A stretch of 64,000 bases of DNA. Origin: Magallana gigas. Its lineage: Eukaryota. Location of the stretch: NCBI RefSeq assembly GCF_963853765.1, contig NC_088854.1, positions 18,414,001 to 18,478,000 on the forward strand, in the 5' to 3' direction. Below are positions 36,258 through 48,990 of this stretch, one piece after another. The notes below the pieces were generated by a model. That model saw only the letters and a list, made by a program, of their open reading frames with translations. It did not search any database and was not told the origin of the DNA. Every line of letters starts with the position of its first letter. Positions within the stretch are counted from its first letter, which is position 1. A program made the translations under genes and the position numbers.

Positions 36258-38730
36258 TGGTTTGAACATATTTTATTGTATATATAATATACAAAGGGTT
36301 CGAACACAAGTCCTTGCAACTTACTAGGTTCTTACCCAATTACAAGTAATTTGCAATTGTCATAAAACATGGTACAGGTATATACATATATATTGAAAAA
36401 AAATGGTAAAGAACAAAATAGTATACTTATGTAAATCTGCGAGAATTGATTATAAAGTTCTGCACAGCTGTGAAAATTCTAACATTAGTTTTATAATCTA
36501 GGTTGTCATTACCCCATAGTAAAGTATGCGAATCTATAATACCTAAATTTTGTATTTGGAATAGTTCATTGAATAAGGTATTCCTTGCATTAGAAAATAG
36601 TTTGCAAACAAATAAAAAATGATATACATCTTCTTTCTTTCCACATGCAATTTGGAGAATCAACAATATTTCTTCTGTGTAAATCATAATTTAGTAAACA
36701 ATTGTGTCTTAATTTTGTATGAATGATGTTAGCTACTCTTTTGCCATGAAGAAAATATTTTGGAACTTTTGAATCACTGCCATTATTAGAGATGCTTCTT
36801 TGAAACTGGCGGATGGATGTTGATTTTTTAATATCCGAATTTAGAGAGTTCCATTTGCCTATAGCATCTGGAATAAATGATTTTTTATATGTATCATACT
36901 TAACTCTAGGAGGTATATAATTGTCTTCATAACGAGTATTGTAGCGAGAATTATCTTTCCTAAAAATGTTAGCAATATCACTAAGATATTGAGGTACAAG
37001 ATTGTAATGAATATTGTACATAATCGTCATTTTAGCTATTTCTCTCCTTTTAGATAGAGAGTCCCAACCCGTTTCGAAATACAATGATTCCCTTGAGGCC
37101 AAAATTGGAAGTCCCGTGACAATTCTTGCAGCGTGTAGTTGTACTTTCTCTAACTTTTCCAATTTCTGCGGAAGAACAACCATCCCATACAACAGAAGCA
37201 TATTCTAATATTGGCCTTACAAAAGTTATATATAATTTTGATAGTTTGTCTCTGCCTAAAGTAAATTTAAGTTTCTTAAGTAGTCCTAATTTTTTTACAA
37301 GCGATGTTCACTATATCATTGATGTACACAGACCACTTCAAATCATCAGAGAGCGTTAGGCATAGATGTTTATGACAAGAAACAATATCTAACTGACAAT
37401 TTTGAAAAAACAGTTCTGGGGTTACATTACGTTTTGATTTGCTAAAAAATACAACTTTGGTTTTATTAGGATTAAATTTAAGTAACCAATCATTGGACCA
37501 TTTTTCTAATATTCTAAGGTCATGATTTAACACATTTTCGACATTTCTTAAGTTTTTATCCGCATACTGGATTGAATTATCATCTGCGTATAATCTCCAA
37601 AAGGACAACATATTTTGTGCAACATCATTGACATAAATTAAAAACAAAAGGGGCCCAAGTACAGATCCTTGTGGCACTCCAGCATTAATACTTAAGCTGG
37701 ATGATAATAAATCTTTATACATCACTTTCTGAGATCTGTTACACAAATAGCTGCTAAACCATTGACAAAGATTGCCACAAATACCGTAAGTTTGTAATTT
37801 AAAAAGAAGCCCTTCATGCCAAACTCTGTCAAAGGCTTTTGATAGATCACAAAAAACATGCAACATGATTTACCCTCATCAATATTCTTAACAATGCTAT
37901 GATATGTCTCAATTAACTGGTACACTGTTGAATGACCGGGTTAAAAACCGGCTTGGTATTTATAAAATAAATTGTTACTATGGAAATAATTATAAACATG
38001 TTTGAAAACAATTCTCTCCATTATTTTACTTACACAGCTTAGTAAAGAAACAGGTCTATAATTACATGCGAGTGATGGGTCCTCTTTTTTAAAAAGAGGT
38101 AGAACATGGGCCATTTTCCAACTATTAGGAAATGATCGTTCTAAAAGAGACTTATTAAAAAGTAAACATAAAGGCTTGCATATTGTAAACATAGTTGATT
38201 TTAACATTTTGTGACTAATACTATCAGGTCCAATAGCTTTGTTGACTGGCAAAACAGATATAATGTCAGTCACTTCAAACTCTTCAATAAAAATGTTGTC
38301 TAAGGTTTCATCACATTGTAAGTACAATTCTGGTAAAACCTTACCGGTAGTCAGAATATTCGAAATAGATGAAAAATATTTTTTAAGCACTTCTGTCTTA
38401 TCAACATCAGAAAACGCTGTTTTAACATTATTTTTATCATCTGTGTATTGTAAAGGTAGAATTTCACTGGTTGTTTTTGTTTGGAAAACGACTTTAAGAA
38501 GTTTCCAGTATAATTTGTTATTGCTTTTACTAGAGTCATCAATAAAAGTTTCAATGTTGTCGTAGTAGTTAGAAAATGCTTGCTTTTTCATGTTGTTTAC
38601 TTGATTTCGAACTTTTTTATACTTTGACCAATCACGTATTTTGTTAGTTTTCATTGCAATGTTACGTACTAGAACTAGAATTGAATTGAATCTGACAGTC
38701 ATTTTGTTTTGTTGGAATACCGATCCTGAG
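36258..38730 (-). mobile_element. 5'-truncated, disabled non-LTR retrotransposon (CR1/L2-group LINE ORF2)
   Basis: RT motifs KAIGPDSI, YRPVSLLSCVSKIMERIV, FCDLSKAFDRVWH, GVPQGSVLGPLLFLIYVND, LYADD spread over ORFs 38702-37941, 37925-37722, 37866-37276, 37201-36590, 36687-36427, with an in-frame TAA (37941-37943) and frameshifts. Cys/His-containing C-terminus (EDVYHFLFVC); 3' end AATAAAATATGTTCAAAC; no endonuclease domain. Confidence 0.95.
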
Positions 38731-39686
38731 CTTATTATAGAAAAATTATAAAATACCGTGTTTCCACAGCATTAGAATTTGACAGTGAAATGTAAATTTC
38801 GACACATTACAAACATTAAGAGAAATTTGAATCGAAACTTCCAAATAACATATTTCCTGTAGTTACCATAAAAAGTTGAGATTTAAGATTAATTTCCCGT
38901 TTATTTTTCTATTAAAACTTATTCTAAAATAAGTTTCCTTAATATTACATCGATGAAATCGTATGAAACAACCGTTTTCCTTGTACGTACTGTCTTCTTC
39001 TGTAAGCGCGCTTGAATTATCGCACCTGCCGCCTGTGGCATTCGCCGCATGGAAAACCGACATGTGCAGTCTGAATGTCGAGAAGGGTCCATGAGACCGA
39101 AGATTTACTCAGAAGAATACTTTCAGGAAAGGACCCCGAGGTATTTCTTCACGCAAATATAGTATCGGAAACGTCAGATTTTGTTCGGCAGGCGATGGAG
39201 GTGTAATCAGGGGAATAGCAAGCCGACCGCTGTCATTAACTTGTATTGTGGAGCTTTGGCGGAGCGTGGCTTCCTTTTCTGCTAGATGCTTCTGAACATT
39301 CCATTAACTTTTTGCAGTGGTGCTTAAAAATTAAAACAGTTTGTTTTATTCCTATACTTGTAATTTTTGCTGAAAGAATCGGATCGCATATCAAGTAGTT
39401 TTGGACGTCCTTCCAAGCGAAAAACTGTCGTTAAGAACAGGAAATTTTGAAGTCTGCACACTGAAGAAAGACTTTAGTAAATAGCAATGTAATAAAACGG
39501 CACTGTCTTACTGTACAGTGCTCAGGATCATAAAAAATGATAGAGTTAAATAAGAATTTCAGTCATTTAACAAAATCTTATCAACCATAGACAGCTTCGT
39601 GACACTAGGGTCAGTTTCCTATACCTACCATGCACATATTCCGCTAATCCGGCTTTGCATGCTTATGCAATTGTAAATCGACGGTT

Positions 39687-39941
39687 TTAGTACCATTTTA
39701 ACAAGACCTTGGACTTTCGGTTGAACGTAACTTTCTATTTCTTTCGTCAAAACAAGTTAAAAATGACGCGAAATCAAGCGAAATATGCACCTATTGCGTA
39801 GTTTAAGCTCAAAAGCCAGACAAATCTTGTTGATTTCAAAGAACCATGGCTGAGCGGCCAGCAATGAGATAGACAGGCCTACGTCACATTGCTGTTTGAC
39901 ACAACTACCCAAAGTCTGAGGTCTTGTTAAAATGGTTCTAA
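39687..39941. mobile_element. MITE (~255 bp) with ~35-bp TIRs
   Basis: TTAGTACCATTTTAACAAGACCTTGGACTTTCGG ... CCCAAAGTCTGAGGTCTTGTTAAAATGGTTCTAA; TSD not evident. Confidence 0.75.
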
Positions 39942-40290
39942 TTTATATGTATTTGTTGTTATGATATTCAAACACTTATAAATTATCGTTATTCCTTGAA
40001 AGAACACATATGTACAGAAAACGTATATAGCTCAATTAATTCGTTACTTGAAAAGCGCCATTTGACGTCATTTAAAGAGATTTCAAGAACCTTTTTGTAA
40101 CCGAATTTTATAGGGGAGTGTATTTGTTTTTTAAATTCTTGGGGGTTCAATCAATTAAAATAAATTGAATGGAAGAAAGTGTTAATGTAACCTTTTTACT
40201 CTATCGGATTAGCTTTCTCTTGTTTATCTCTTACTTGAAACTTTTTTGACTCTTTGGGGTTAGAATCTCTCTTGCTTATCTACATGTATG

Positions 40291-40292
<2 letters not shown>

Positions 40293-40372
<80 letters not shown>
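40293..40372. repeat. (TC)40 microsatellite
   Basis: Perfect dinucleotide run. Confidence 0.98.
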
Positions 40373-40377
<5 letters not shown>

Positions 40378-40639
40378 GTTTACATTACACATTACAGTAA
40401 AACGGTCAAACCTTAAATTGGTTCAAATTTCTGTAAAAGAATTTTACAAAATTGATTTTTGCCTTTGAAATAATATTACTGTTGTGAAAAATCTGTAAGC
40501 GTTATCCTATTACTATCAGAAACAAGAGGCTAATTCGATTCTCGCCCTGAACCATTTTAGCTTGTGACCAATTTGTATGAACGGCACCATGAAACATTTC
40601 TACTGTCAGATTCTCTTTATAATTCCTTGATGGCGATCA

Positions 40640-40850
40640 TATTGCTACTAGCTGATTGACAGCAGACGATAACTTGTCCTTTAAATAATTAGCGCGTTTG
40701 AAGCCACAGCTGAGACTGCGCCACTTCCGTGCGCTGTGGACGAGTACGGGCGGATGTACGGGAGCTCCTAGGCCCCTCGACATCAATAAAATGAGCAGGC
40801 AGTGACAGTTAAATGATCGGCTAGAGGGCCATGGTTTCATGCGTAAACCT
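40640..40850. promoter_or_regulatory. Candidate enhancer with a TALE (Pbx/Meis-Prep) decamer TGATTGACAG at 40653-40662
   Basis: GC-richer non-coding island with an exact TGATTGACAG, a second TGACAG and a TAATTA site; ~8.5 kb upstream of Lhx2/9. Function inferred. Confidence 0.35.
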
Positions 40851-43800
40851 TTTTATTTCAAAATTTTCTAATAAATAAACAGATATTTGTCAGTTGCTAG
40901 TTTGGCGCAAGCTTTGGGTACCTGAATCAAGCGATTTATTGTTTTCTGCGAAATACAGAATTTATCAACTAAAATCCCAATATCACAGTGTTTAATTTGG
41001 ATTTTGTTCATCAGTCTTAGGTTGCAACATTCTTTTTTTCTTTCTGCAAGGGTCATGCAACACCAATAAAATCTCTCAACAATGCACGTGGTGACGGGTA
41101 AATAACCTATATCTTTATTGTCCTTTGAAAGTCATACAGACAAGTATATAACCTTATCAACACGACAATAAATAAGGATTAGTAGAAAGAAACAAAATTT
41201 AGTGACGTTGATATGTACGAAAAATTAAGGTTTAGACAGTTTACTAATAAAATGAACGAAAAGACAGTTATTGAAAAACCGGCAATATAACGGGACATTG
41301 CCGACAAGCAAATGTTTATATCAATGAAACACTAACGAAACCTGCGCTTGAATTGACATTCAATGATTATTATTTATTAGCGATCATGATGTCTCCCCCT
41401 ACTTGCCACCCCCTTATCACGTCAAATGGACGAGCTCCAGAAATAACAGACCCTCATGTACTGATTAGAAACAAATTAATGTCAATTTCACAAGACCCAA
41501 ATGAAGAAATAATACTGTCGGAACCAATATTGGTATCTCTGGCAGGAATTTGTCCGGAATCAGAGACATTTATCATGCAATCAATTACCCCTGACGACGT
41601 CTTCAACTAGCGCCTGTCATAAGGAGAGGCTCCCCCCGTATCGGAGGGAGGGAATTCTGATTTGTCAAATCGGACATGACCGACGAGTAACGGGAGGCAG
41701 GGAGCATTAATTAATTGGGATAGAGTGGTGACGAAAGGGATACAGATGCGAAGGAAGGAAATATCAGAGACACTTAGGGAAAGTCAATTAGAAGTTATTA
41801 ATTATAAGACTGATATTTAAAATAAAATAAAGAATCATTAGTATATTTATAAACGGCTGAGGCATGGCTTATGTCTTAAAAAACGACTACTGCAGTATAT
41901 AGATATAAATAATAATTATAAATTTTCATGATTGTCGTTTCGTTATCATTGAAAATTCTACATAAATGTCGTTTTGGACAGACGAAATTTATATTTACAA
42001 TAACTTTAAACTTTATGCACGTATTGCTTATCATGCACTAGCAATTTTGTCGTGCATCATACAGGCCATGCACTGAAATAAATATGATGTATTAATATAA
42101 TACATTATTATATTTATATAAACTGGTCACTTTTTTTTATTTTGACTGACTATTACAATTTTGACAAATTTAAAAGAGTATGTAGCCAAAAATTCTTTAA
42201 GCATTGAAGAAAATTTGCATGTGCTATAAATTTGTGCACCCAATACTGCTTGGTATTATTTGTTATCTCAGACTTACGATTTAAAATATAGGAGAAATGA
42301 TTGTCCCTACATGTAAAAGTGTGAGATTTCACCATCGGAAAAAGAACGTACTTGTACGTACATGTACATTAGTTATAAATTTATCTGATTATTATCTGTA
42401 TTAGGTGTTGTATACAAGCATAAACGCATTTAGTTATGTTTCTTTAGTTATCATGACTATGCGTTGAATTTTTTTCACTTATGTCACCTTTTTCAATTTT
42501 CTTCATGAGAAAAAGTAAGTTAGCAGCTACAGGCACATGCTAATTATGTAGTGGTGAATTACCAGCACACGAATAAAACGTTGGTGTTGCGTGCATGTTC
42601 TTTTTAAAGATTTGGATTGAAGAAAAAGGTTAATGGTTCTTGTAACCTTCATCGAAAGGGCATGATTTTTGGACCTCTGAACTTTGAAACTCCCTTGCGC
42701 GTTTTCATGCTGAATTATTTCAATAATTTTAAATTTTTTCGTTATTATATTTATTAAATATTCTGTTGACGAAAACAGTGCGAAAAAATTTAATTACAAG
42801 CGATATGAAAATATGAATTTTTTTTTTTTTTATAAATAAAAAAAATATCATTTCAAAATATAAAATGCTTCTCGCAGTTCTGCTAAAAATACGTAAGTAT
42901 GCTAAAAACCACGCTGTTAAAATTTTTAACTGTATTTTCAAATTTTTAACAGAGCTGCCAATAATACTGCTTTCTGACGTTCATACTTTCTTTACAAACA
43001 AGTACTTTATATTTGCGATTAATGTTTTGATTGATGCAGATTTATTCGTTTGCAGTGACAATAATGGGTCTCTGTCTTCAGATTTTTTTCTTTCTATTCG
43101 AATGGAGTTATTCACAACATGAAAGGTTGTAGAGTAATAAACATTTGTTCTATATTAGTTTCGTTAGCCATTGTTTCTTGATACTCAGAAATGTCCCCAT
43201 TAAGTAAAGACATCACAGAGCTATTAAATCATCGTTTGTCGCCGAAACATTCTAATTTCTAGACCCAAACAGGCGCCCGGCGCCTCCCTTTCCGCGACGG
43301 TAGAACAGCCCAGCGTACATCAAAATCCATCCTCTTCATTGATTCTGGTCGTGAGCGGAAAAAATGTTGGATTATTCCAAGTCATTTTGGAGTAGACACG
43401 TGCGGTTTCCAGAACTCTATGAAGAGTTCCGTTTCCCAATTATCCCAAACTCCATCATTATTTGTAGGTGAAGCGTTTTTGCGTGAAAACCTGATATTTT
43501 TCCTAAGTTTTTCTATTTTGTATTCCTTTAGATAATGTCGGATGCCCACTGCGATTAAGTTGTACCATTATTCCGTACATCTCCCTGAAGTGTTTTTGGG
43601 TTACACAGATGATGTATAAATTAATGTGCAAGGCCGTACATGTACAAATGCATTTCAAATGATCATGGACACCTGTGCGCAATCTTGTTTTTATTTATTT
43701 ATTTCACTTTATTCCGCCGCACCTCAGCTTTCCTGGTAATTAAAATATGAGTACAATTTGATAGTTTTTAAGCTACAAAACTCGAAAAAAGAGACAATAT

Positions 43801-44169
43801 TCGTTTGTATGTGTCGAGTTTATACATCTGTGCGGCGATTGGAAAAAAATAAAAACAGAATAATAATATATACATATATCATTAAATTTTTTTTTGCCAA
43901 AATTAATAATAATCATAATACACACATATTAACAACAAAAGCAATAACAACATCAAACAAATCGGCAACATAATAATGCAAAATAACAACATTTGTATTA
44001 ATATATTAAGGTCATATTGGAAACCCGTCGATATAATTAATTTGGATAAAAGTACACAATAATTAAAATACTTCAATACGTTTTAGAATTTTTAAATTTC
44101 ATAATACATGTATTTAACCAAAACATTGTTTTAGAAATTTTTGGAAAGGTAAAAATCATGAAAGCCTAA

Positions 44170-44250
44170 TCGTGTAATGAGATTCGAACTCATGACTTGC
44201 AGATTCGTGGTTTATAATCTAACCCATTGCGCTGCGCTGTTAGATAACAA
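44170..44250 (-). mobile_element. tRNA-derived (SINE-type) head fragment
   Basis: On the minus strand an A-box-like CAGCGCAATGGG (44223-44234) and B-box GAGTTCGAATC (44181-44191) are at tRNA-like spacing; no intact cloverleaf, so not a tRNA gene. Confidence 0.55.
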
Positions 44251-44270
44251 TTTCAGGTAAGAAAAGATTT

Positions 44271-44434
44271 TATAGCATTGAATCATGATTTTTTGAAGTA
44301 TACACTCTCATAACTGCAGCGGTGTGTGCATTCAAATTGAGTAACGCGCGTTAGCGCGTTATGAAAATTTGTATGCACACATCGCTGCAGTTATGAGAGT
44401 GTATACTTCAAAAAATCATGATTTAATGCTTATA
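44271..44434. mobile_element. ~160-bp palindromic (fold-back) non-autonomous element
   Basis: ~58-bp arms GCATTGAATCATGATTTTTTGAAGTATACACTCTCATAACTGCAGCGGTGTGTGCAT and a near-perfect reverse complement, around a central hairpin TAACGCGC-GTTA-GCGCGTTA. Confidence 0.85.
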
Positions 44435-45237
44435 TTTACATTTTTTTACTTCTTGCCTTGTCTGCAAATGTGATTCATACGTCAAAATTTCTTTCTTATC
44501 CTAAGGGTAAGTTAATATTAATGGAAGAGCCACAGTAACAGCCACAAGCGTGAACTTTGATTTTCGCTTGTGACGTTGCAGTTTACAGCGTTCAACGTTT
44601 GTGACGTCATAATAAAACTCGTCAATTTGACCTTTGACTACTTGTTGCATTTAGAGGCATTTGAAGATCACAGAATTCAGTGGAAAAACACAGTAGAATG
44701 TAAATATATGAATTTATACTTCATTTTATTGTTAATTTCGATCGGAAATACGTCACAATATGGAGGTGTCCCGTACCACCTTAACTATAACACGGTGGGT
44801 TTTAAAATAACAACATAACAGATAACTGTAGATACACAAACGAAATTCAGTCTGAATCATATTCATTGTAAATATGTCATTATCTATATCTATCGATAAC
44901 AAAGATATATTTACATGCATGCAGTTAAAATATTTATAACTCTACTTAAAAACTGAAGCACTAATTGATATAAATCGCTTGGATTAATCAAAATATACAC
45001 CAAGAAATGCCATGGTATTAATACAGTATCATATATCTACATTAATTCATTTAAAATAGTATTTACAAACTATTGTATTTGCATATTTTATACATCTACA
45101 TATCCATTAGAACATCAGTTCAAAACAAAATATGCCACATTCCACTTGGCTCTTTGCAAGATTTACACAAACGGATTTAATATTTTAATTATGAAAAAAT
45201 TCACACGCATGATTTAAAAATACAAGATGAAAAATAT

Positions 45238-45537
45238 CCAAAACAACGAAGTAAAGTGATGATAAGCCTAAAATGCTGATTAAAAATAAAAGTTTGTCAG
45301 ACATTAAACTTAAAATCGGAAAAGCTTAATTGCCCAGATGACGAAAAAAAAAAAAAACAAACATCGATCTCCCACGGTGTAATATCCAAAACATCGAAGT
45401 AAAGTGATGAGCCTAAAATGCTGACTAAAAATAAAAGTTGGTCAGACATCACACGAAAAATCGGAAAAGCTTAATTGCCCAGGATGAGATGACGGGAAAA
45501 AACCTCCAAACATATATTTCAAGCCCACGTTGTAATG
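45238..45537. repeat. Two-copy tandem duplication of a ~145-bp unit
   Basis: CCAAAACA.CGAAGTAAAGTGATGA...GCCTAAAATGCTGA.TAAAAATAAAAGTT...AATCGGAAAAGCTTAATTGCCCAG occurs at ~45238 and ~45385. Confidence 0.85.
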
Positions 45538-45928
45538 AATGTATTTACACATTATTTAATTATAAGGAATTTATAATGTAACAACCTATCAAAAAATGTT
45601 CCAAATAAAAATAAATTTTACTTGATCGCGAGGACATAAGGGGGTATATATATTTATGCGCTTTTGATTCCATAGAAGCCATCTCTAATTATCAAAACTT
45701 AGCTAAAAGGAAAATTTTTGGGGGGGGGGGGGGGGGGGGGGGTAGGCACAGTTATTATAAATCACTAGTTTTGATGCCTTGATACCGGTAGTCTATCACC
45801 GCCGTTTTCCTTTTGGGGAGGATTCGCAAGAGCAACTGTTTCTTGAATACAGTTTACAACGGATTTATGTAATCTATATGTACACAATTTACAAAAGTAA
45901 GTCGCAAACTGAATAAAGTTTCAGTTTA

Positions 45929-46579
45929 TTACAAAATGACACACCCGTCATCTTTCTTGGGTGCTGGTGACGCAGTAGCCGGGCGAGTAGGCGACGGTAA
46001 AGCACGCTGTTGCGTCTGCGGTCGGCGTGATGCCTGGGAGGACGCAGGGCGACTTTGACCAGCTCTCGTTTGGGTTGGTTGTCTAGCAACACTGCGACCT
46101 TGCAACGTAGCAGCGATGCCCTCGATCTTTGACTGGTACTGCTTTATCGGCTCCAAATAGAAACATTCCAACCAGATGTCCCTGAAAAAGAGGATCTTCT
46201 GGACGCGACGGGTTTGGCCTCCGATCACAATTTCTTCCGTCACGAGAAATCGGTGCGATACAGCGCTTAGCTCGTAGAACTTATTCATATCCATGCCGCA
46301 CATTTCCTCGTCCGGGAAAATACATTTGCCGAGGAGTACGTCCGGCGAAAACAGAACGCATAGTACGATGAGGTTGTTGATCTCCTCGTCACTGAGTCTC
46401 CTGTAGTTCTGGTAGTCCCGAAGTTTACGGATATTCCGCTCGGTTTTCTCGATGTTCAGGACATAGCAGATACTGTCCAGGTAGTACATTAGCTTGGCTG
46501 TCGGGTTCTCGGCTACCTCTACATCTCTGCCAAACTCTTTCACTCCTACGTCAGTCTTTCCAATCAGAGCTGTTGCCAT
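45929..46579 (-). CDS. Intronless uncharacterised protein (~216 aa) with C-terminal CaaX prenylation motif (CVIL)
   Basis: Open frame with coding-like GC content. The ORF track starts at 46672, but the AT-rich upstream part contains a CCGGAAGT (ETS-like) motif, so ATG 46579 (MATALIGK) is preferred. Ends KKDDGCVIL*. Confidence 0.75.
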   Translation of the reverse strand: MATALIGKTDVGVKEFGRDVEVAENPTAKLMYYLDSICYVLNIEKTERNIRKLRDYQNYRRLSDEEINNLIVLCVLFSPDVLLGKCIFPDEEMCGMDMNKFYELSAVSHRFLVTEEIVIGGQTRRVQKILFFRDIWLECFYLEPIKQYQSKIEGIAATLQGRSVARQPTQTRAGQSRPASSQASRRPQTQQRALPSPTRPATASPAPKKDDGCVIL

Positions 46580-47937
46580 TATTACTTTTTTCTTTCGTTT
46601 TCTTGTGAATTTTCCGTCAATTATCTGTACTTTCGTTATTGTAGTATTGTACGATTTAACTTCCGGTAGCATGGACTATGTTTGTAACTTGAAATCTATC
46701 TTTAGAGCGAGATAATTTTCAGTGTATGCTAACGAAAGAACTTTGCTTAATTACTCCTAATGTGACTAAAAAATAATATCCGTTGTATTGAGAAATAAAT
46801 AAACGTTCAAAAAGTAAACAAAATTTTAAATTAATTACATCGTATTTTTTTTTAAACTAGAGATTGAAATACAAATTTGTTAATTTATTTACAGTTATTG
46901 ATCAATAAACTATCGTAAAATTTACTCGTTTTAGATTTCAACCTCAGAAAATCCTTGCCCTGTATTAAACAAAGCTATATTGTCAGCATAAATTATTGTG
47001 TGCTTATGGAATACAGCTTTAGACAATTGATTTGTTATAAATAACGGGCTTTATCCGGGGAGTTGGTTCTTTTATTACAAGTATATATAACCGAATTCTA
47101 TAGATCACCTAATGGACATAGAAAGGCCCAACTAATAAAAAACGGATAGCATTACGTCACCAACGCCAGGTTTACCTCCGTGGAGCAGGTGCTTTTTGTA
47201 CCTACATTGAAATATATGTACATAGTTGCATGTGCGCGATCGCACATTCTTTTGATAAGGAAATTCGGCTATTGTATTTAACGTACATTTACATTTCCTT
47301 TTAATAACATTACATGATCTTGATGTAATGAGGGTTATATCTGATCCAAACATGAAAATACATCGTATATTACAGTTGTAGATTTCACCTTCAGATCTTC
47401 AGATCATGTTTAATTCTCTATCATTATTAGAAAATCAATGTTTAATATGGTTTAGTATAAATATATATTGTCTAATATTTTCATGTCTAATCCATATGCT
47501 TTTACATTGAGTTAAAATAAATTGTTTGTTAAAATTGTGTATACTATGTAGAAGCACTTTCCATTATCTTTTGTTTAAAATTTCATTGTTTTAAAATCAC
47601 TTTATTGTTTTAAATCTAATTTCGATACAGTGCCAATCGTTTTATATCCTGTAATCTATATAGTGCTAGTTGGAATGAATCGAGTGCAATACAAATAGAC
47701 AATACAACACTTGACTGGTAATTCAGGATTCATTATGTTAAAAATTTCCTCTTTTGCGCTGCTCATCAATATAGTTATTCGTGTATTGTAACGGAAAGTG
47801 ATTTTCAAGGAAAAGGCTCAAACCGACAAACGCCTCGTACTCAGCATTTCTTTCCGTGTTTAAACTTATATATCTGCAATTATGCATACAAAAAAACTTT
47901 AATTGCAAGCAATTGAGAAACATCTGAAAATAACTAG

Positions 47938-47941
<4 letters not shown>

Positions 47942-47996
<55 letters not shown>
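47942..47996. repeat. (TC)27 microsatellite
   Basis: Perfect dinucleotide run. Confidence 0.98.
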
Positions 47997-47997
<1 letters not shown>

Positions 47998-48839
47998 AAA
48001 TCATACATCATACAGATATCAATGAAATATTTTTGAACATAAATATTTTGCTGCATTGAAATTCATCTCATAGATAAGTGAAAGTATGAAATATGCAGGT
48101 CTTATCTATATTATTGCATATGAATCTTGCTTATGTACGCATTTTCTGTAGCCACTGCCCATATACCACACACGTCCATGCAATGGACTTCAGATAAGTA
48201 TGGTAAACATTGTTATTTACATCAATAAGTTACACCAATGTTTACCCAAGGGATCAGAAAAGCAGCCCCTTGTGATCCTAAGTGGGTATTATGTGTTCCG
48301 CACTTGCCATAGTGTGAAACATCACATTTTTCTTCTATCTTCAATTGGGTTTATATAAGCCGACATCCTATGCAAGGGGGTATGGGCCTAGTGGTTGCAA
48401 AGTTTTCGACTTTCCAAGTACACACCATTCCTTTTACAAAATGTGCAAATATGCTGGTCTATGAGTTTAATTTAAATGTCTACAGAGATATTACCAAGTG
48501 CCTCTTCGTTAAGGATAAGAATAAATGTTTCTTTTGTTAAAATACATTTAAGAAAACCCTGCACAGTATAAGAAGATAATGGAGAATCAACATGGTGTCC
48601 AGACCTAGCTGTTTCTCTTTATTTTCTAATCCGGATAAAAACAAATCTTGCTGGAAAAAGGGGATTTTGATTGACGTGATAGAAATCTTCGTAAATAAAA
48701 GTAAACATTACGATACTATTTTCTGACTTCTAATTTCTGAGGAAAATCAAGAAAGGGTATTAAAAATCAGAAACAGCATTTCATCTGTGCAAAATTGAGC
48801 TACGAAAAAAATAAGACATAATTTTTTTTCCAGGAGATA

Positions 48840-48990
48840 ATCCCGCCTTTTTTCACGTGAGGAGTTCAGCATGCGCCTAACTGTTAACCAATCAAAAGTG
48901 ATCAAGCGGTGTTTGGGCTAACGATGCATCCAGCCGGGCTTCGCGAGAGAATTTTCACGTCTCCGCCCCTTCTGTTAGGCCGCTGAAACA
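48840..48990 (+). promoter_or_regulatory. Putative proximal promoter of Lhx2/9
   Basis: GC-richer island ~350-500 bp upstream of the ATG with a CCAAT box (AACCAATCA), GC boxes (CCCGCC, CCGCCC) and E-box-like CACGTG. Confidence 0.4.

Noticed and set aside
39109-39111. In-frame TGA read as selenocysteine
   Set aside because: No redox-motif context or recognisable SECIS, and the exon itself is unconfirmed.
42950-43650. Coding-like composition on the minus strand
   Set aside because: All frames have several stops and no recognisable motif; cannot support a gene or pseudogene call.
45720-45742. Poly-G tract (and poly-C at 25680-25704) as functional G-quadruplex elements
   Set aside because: Simple homopolymers are common in such genomes and there is no other supporting evidence.
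47738-48004. ORF with an ER dipeptide repeat
   Set aside because: Translation artefact of the (TC)n microsatellite.
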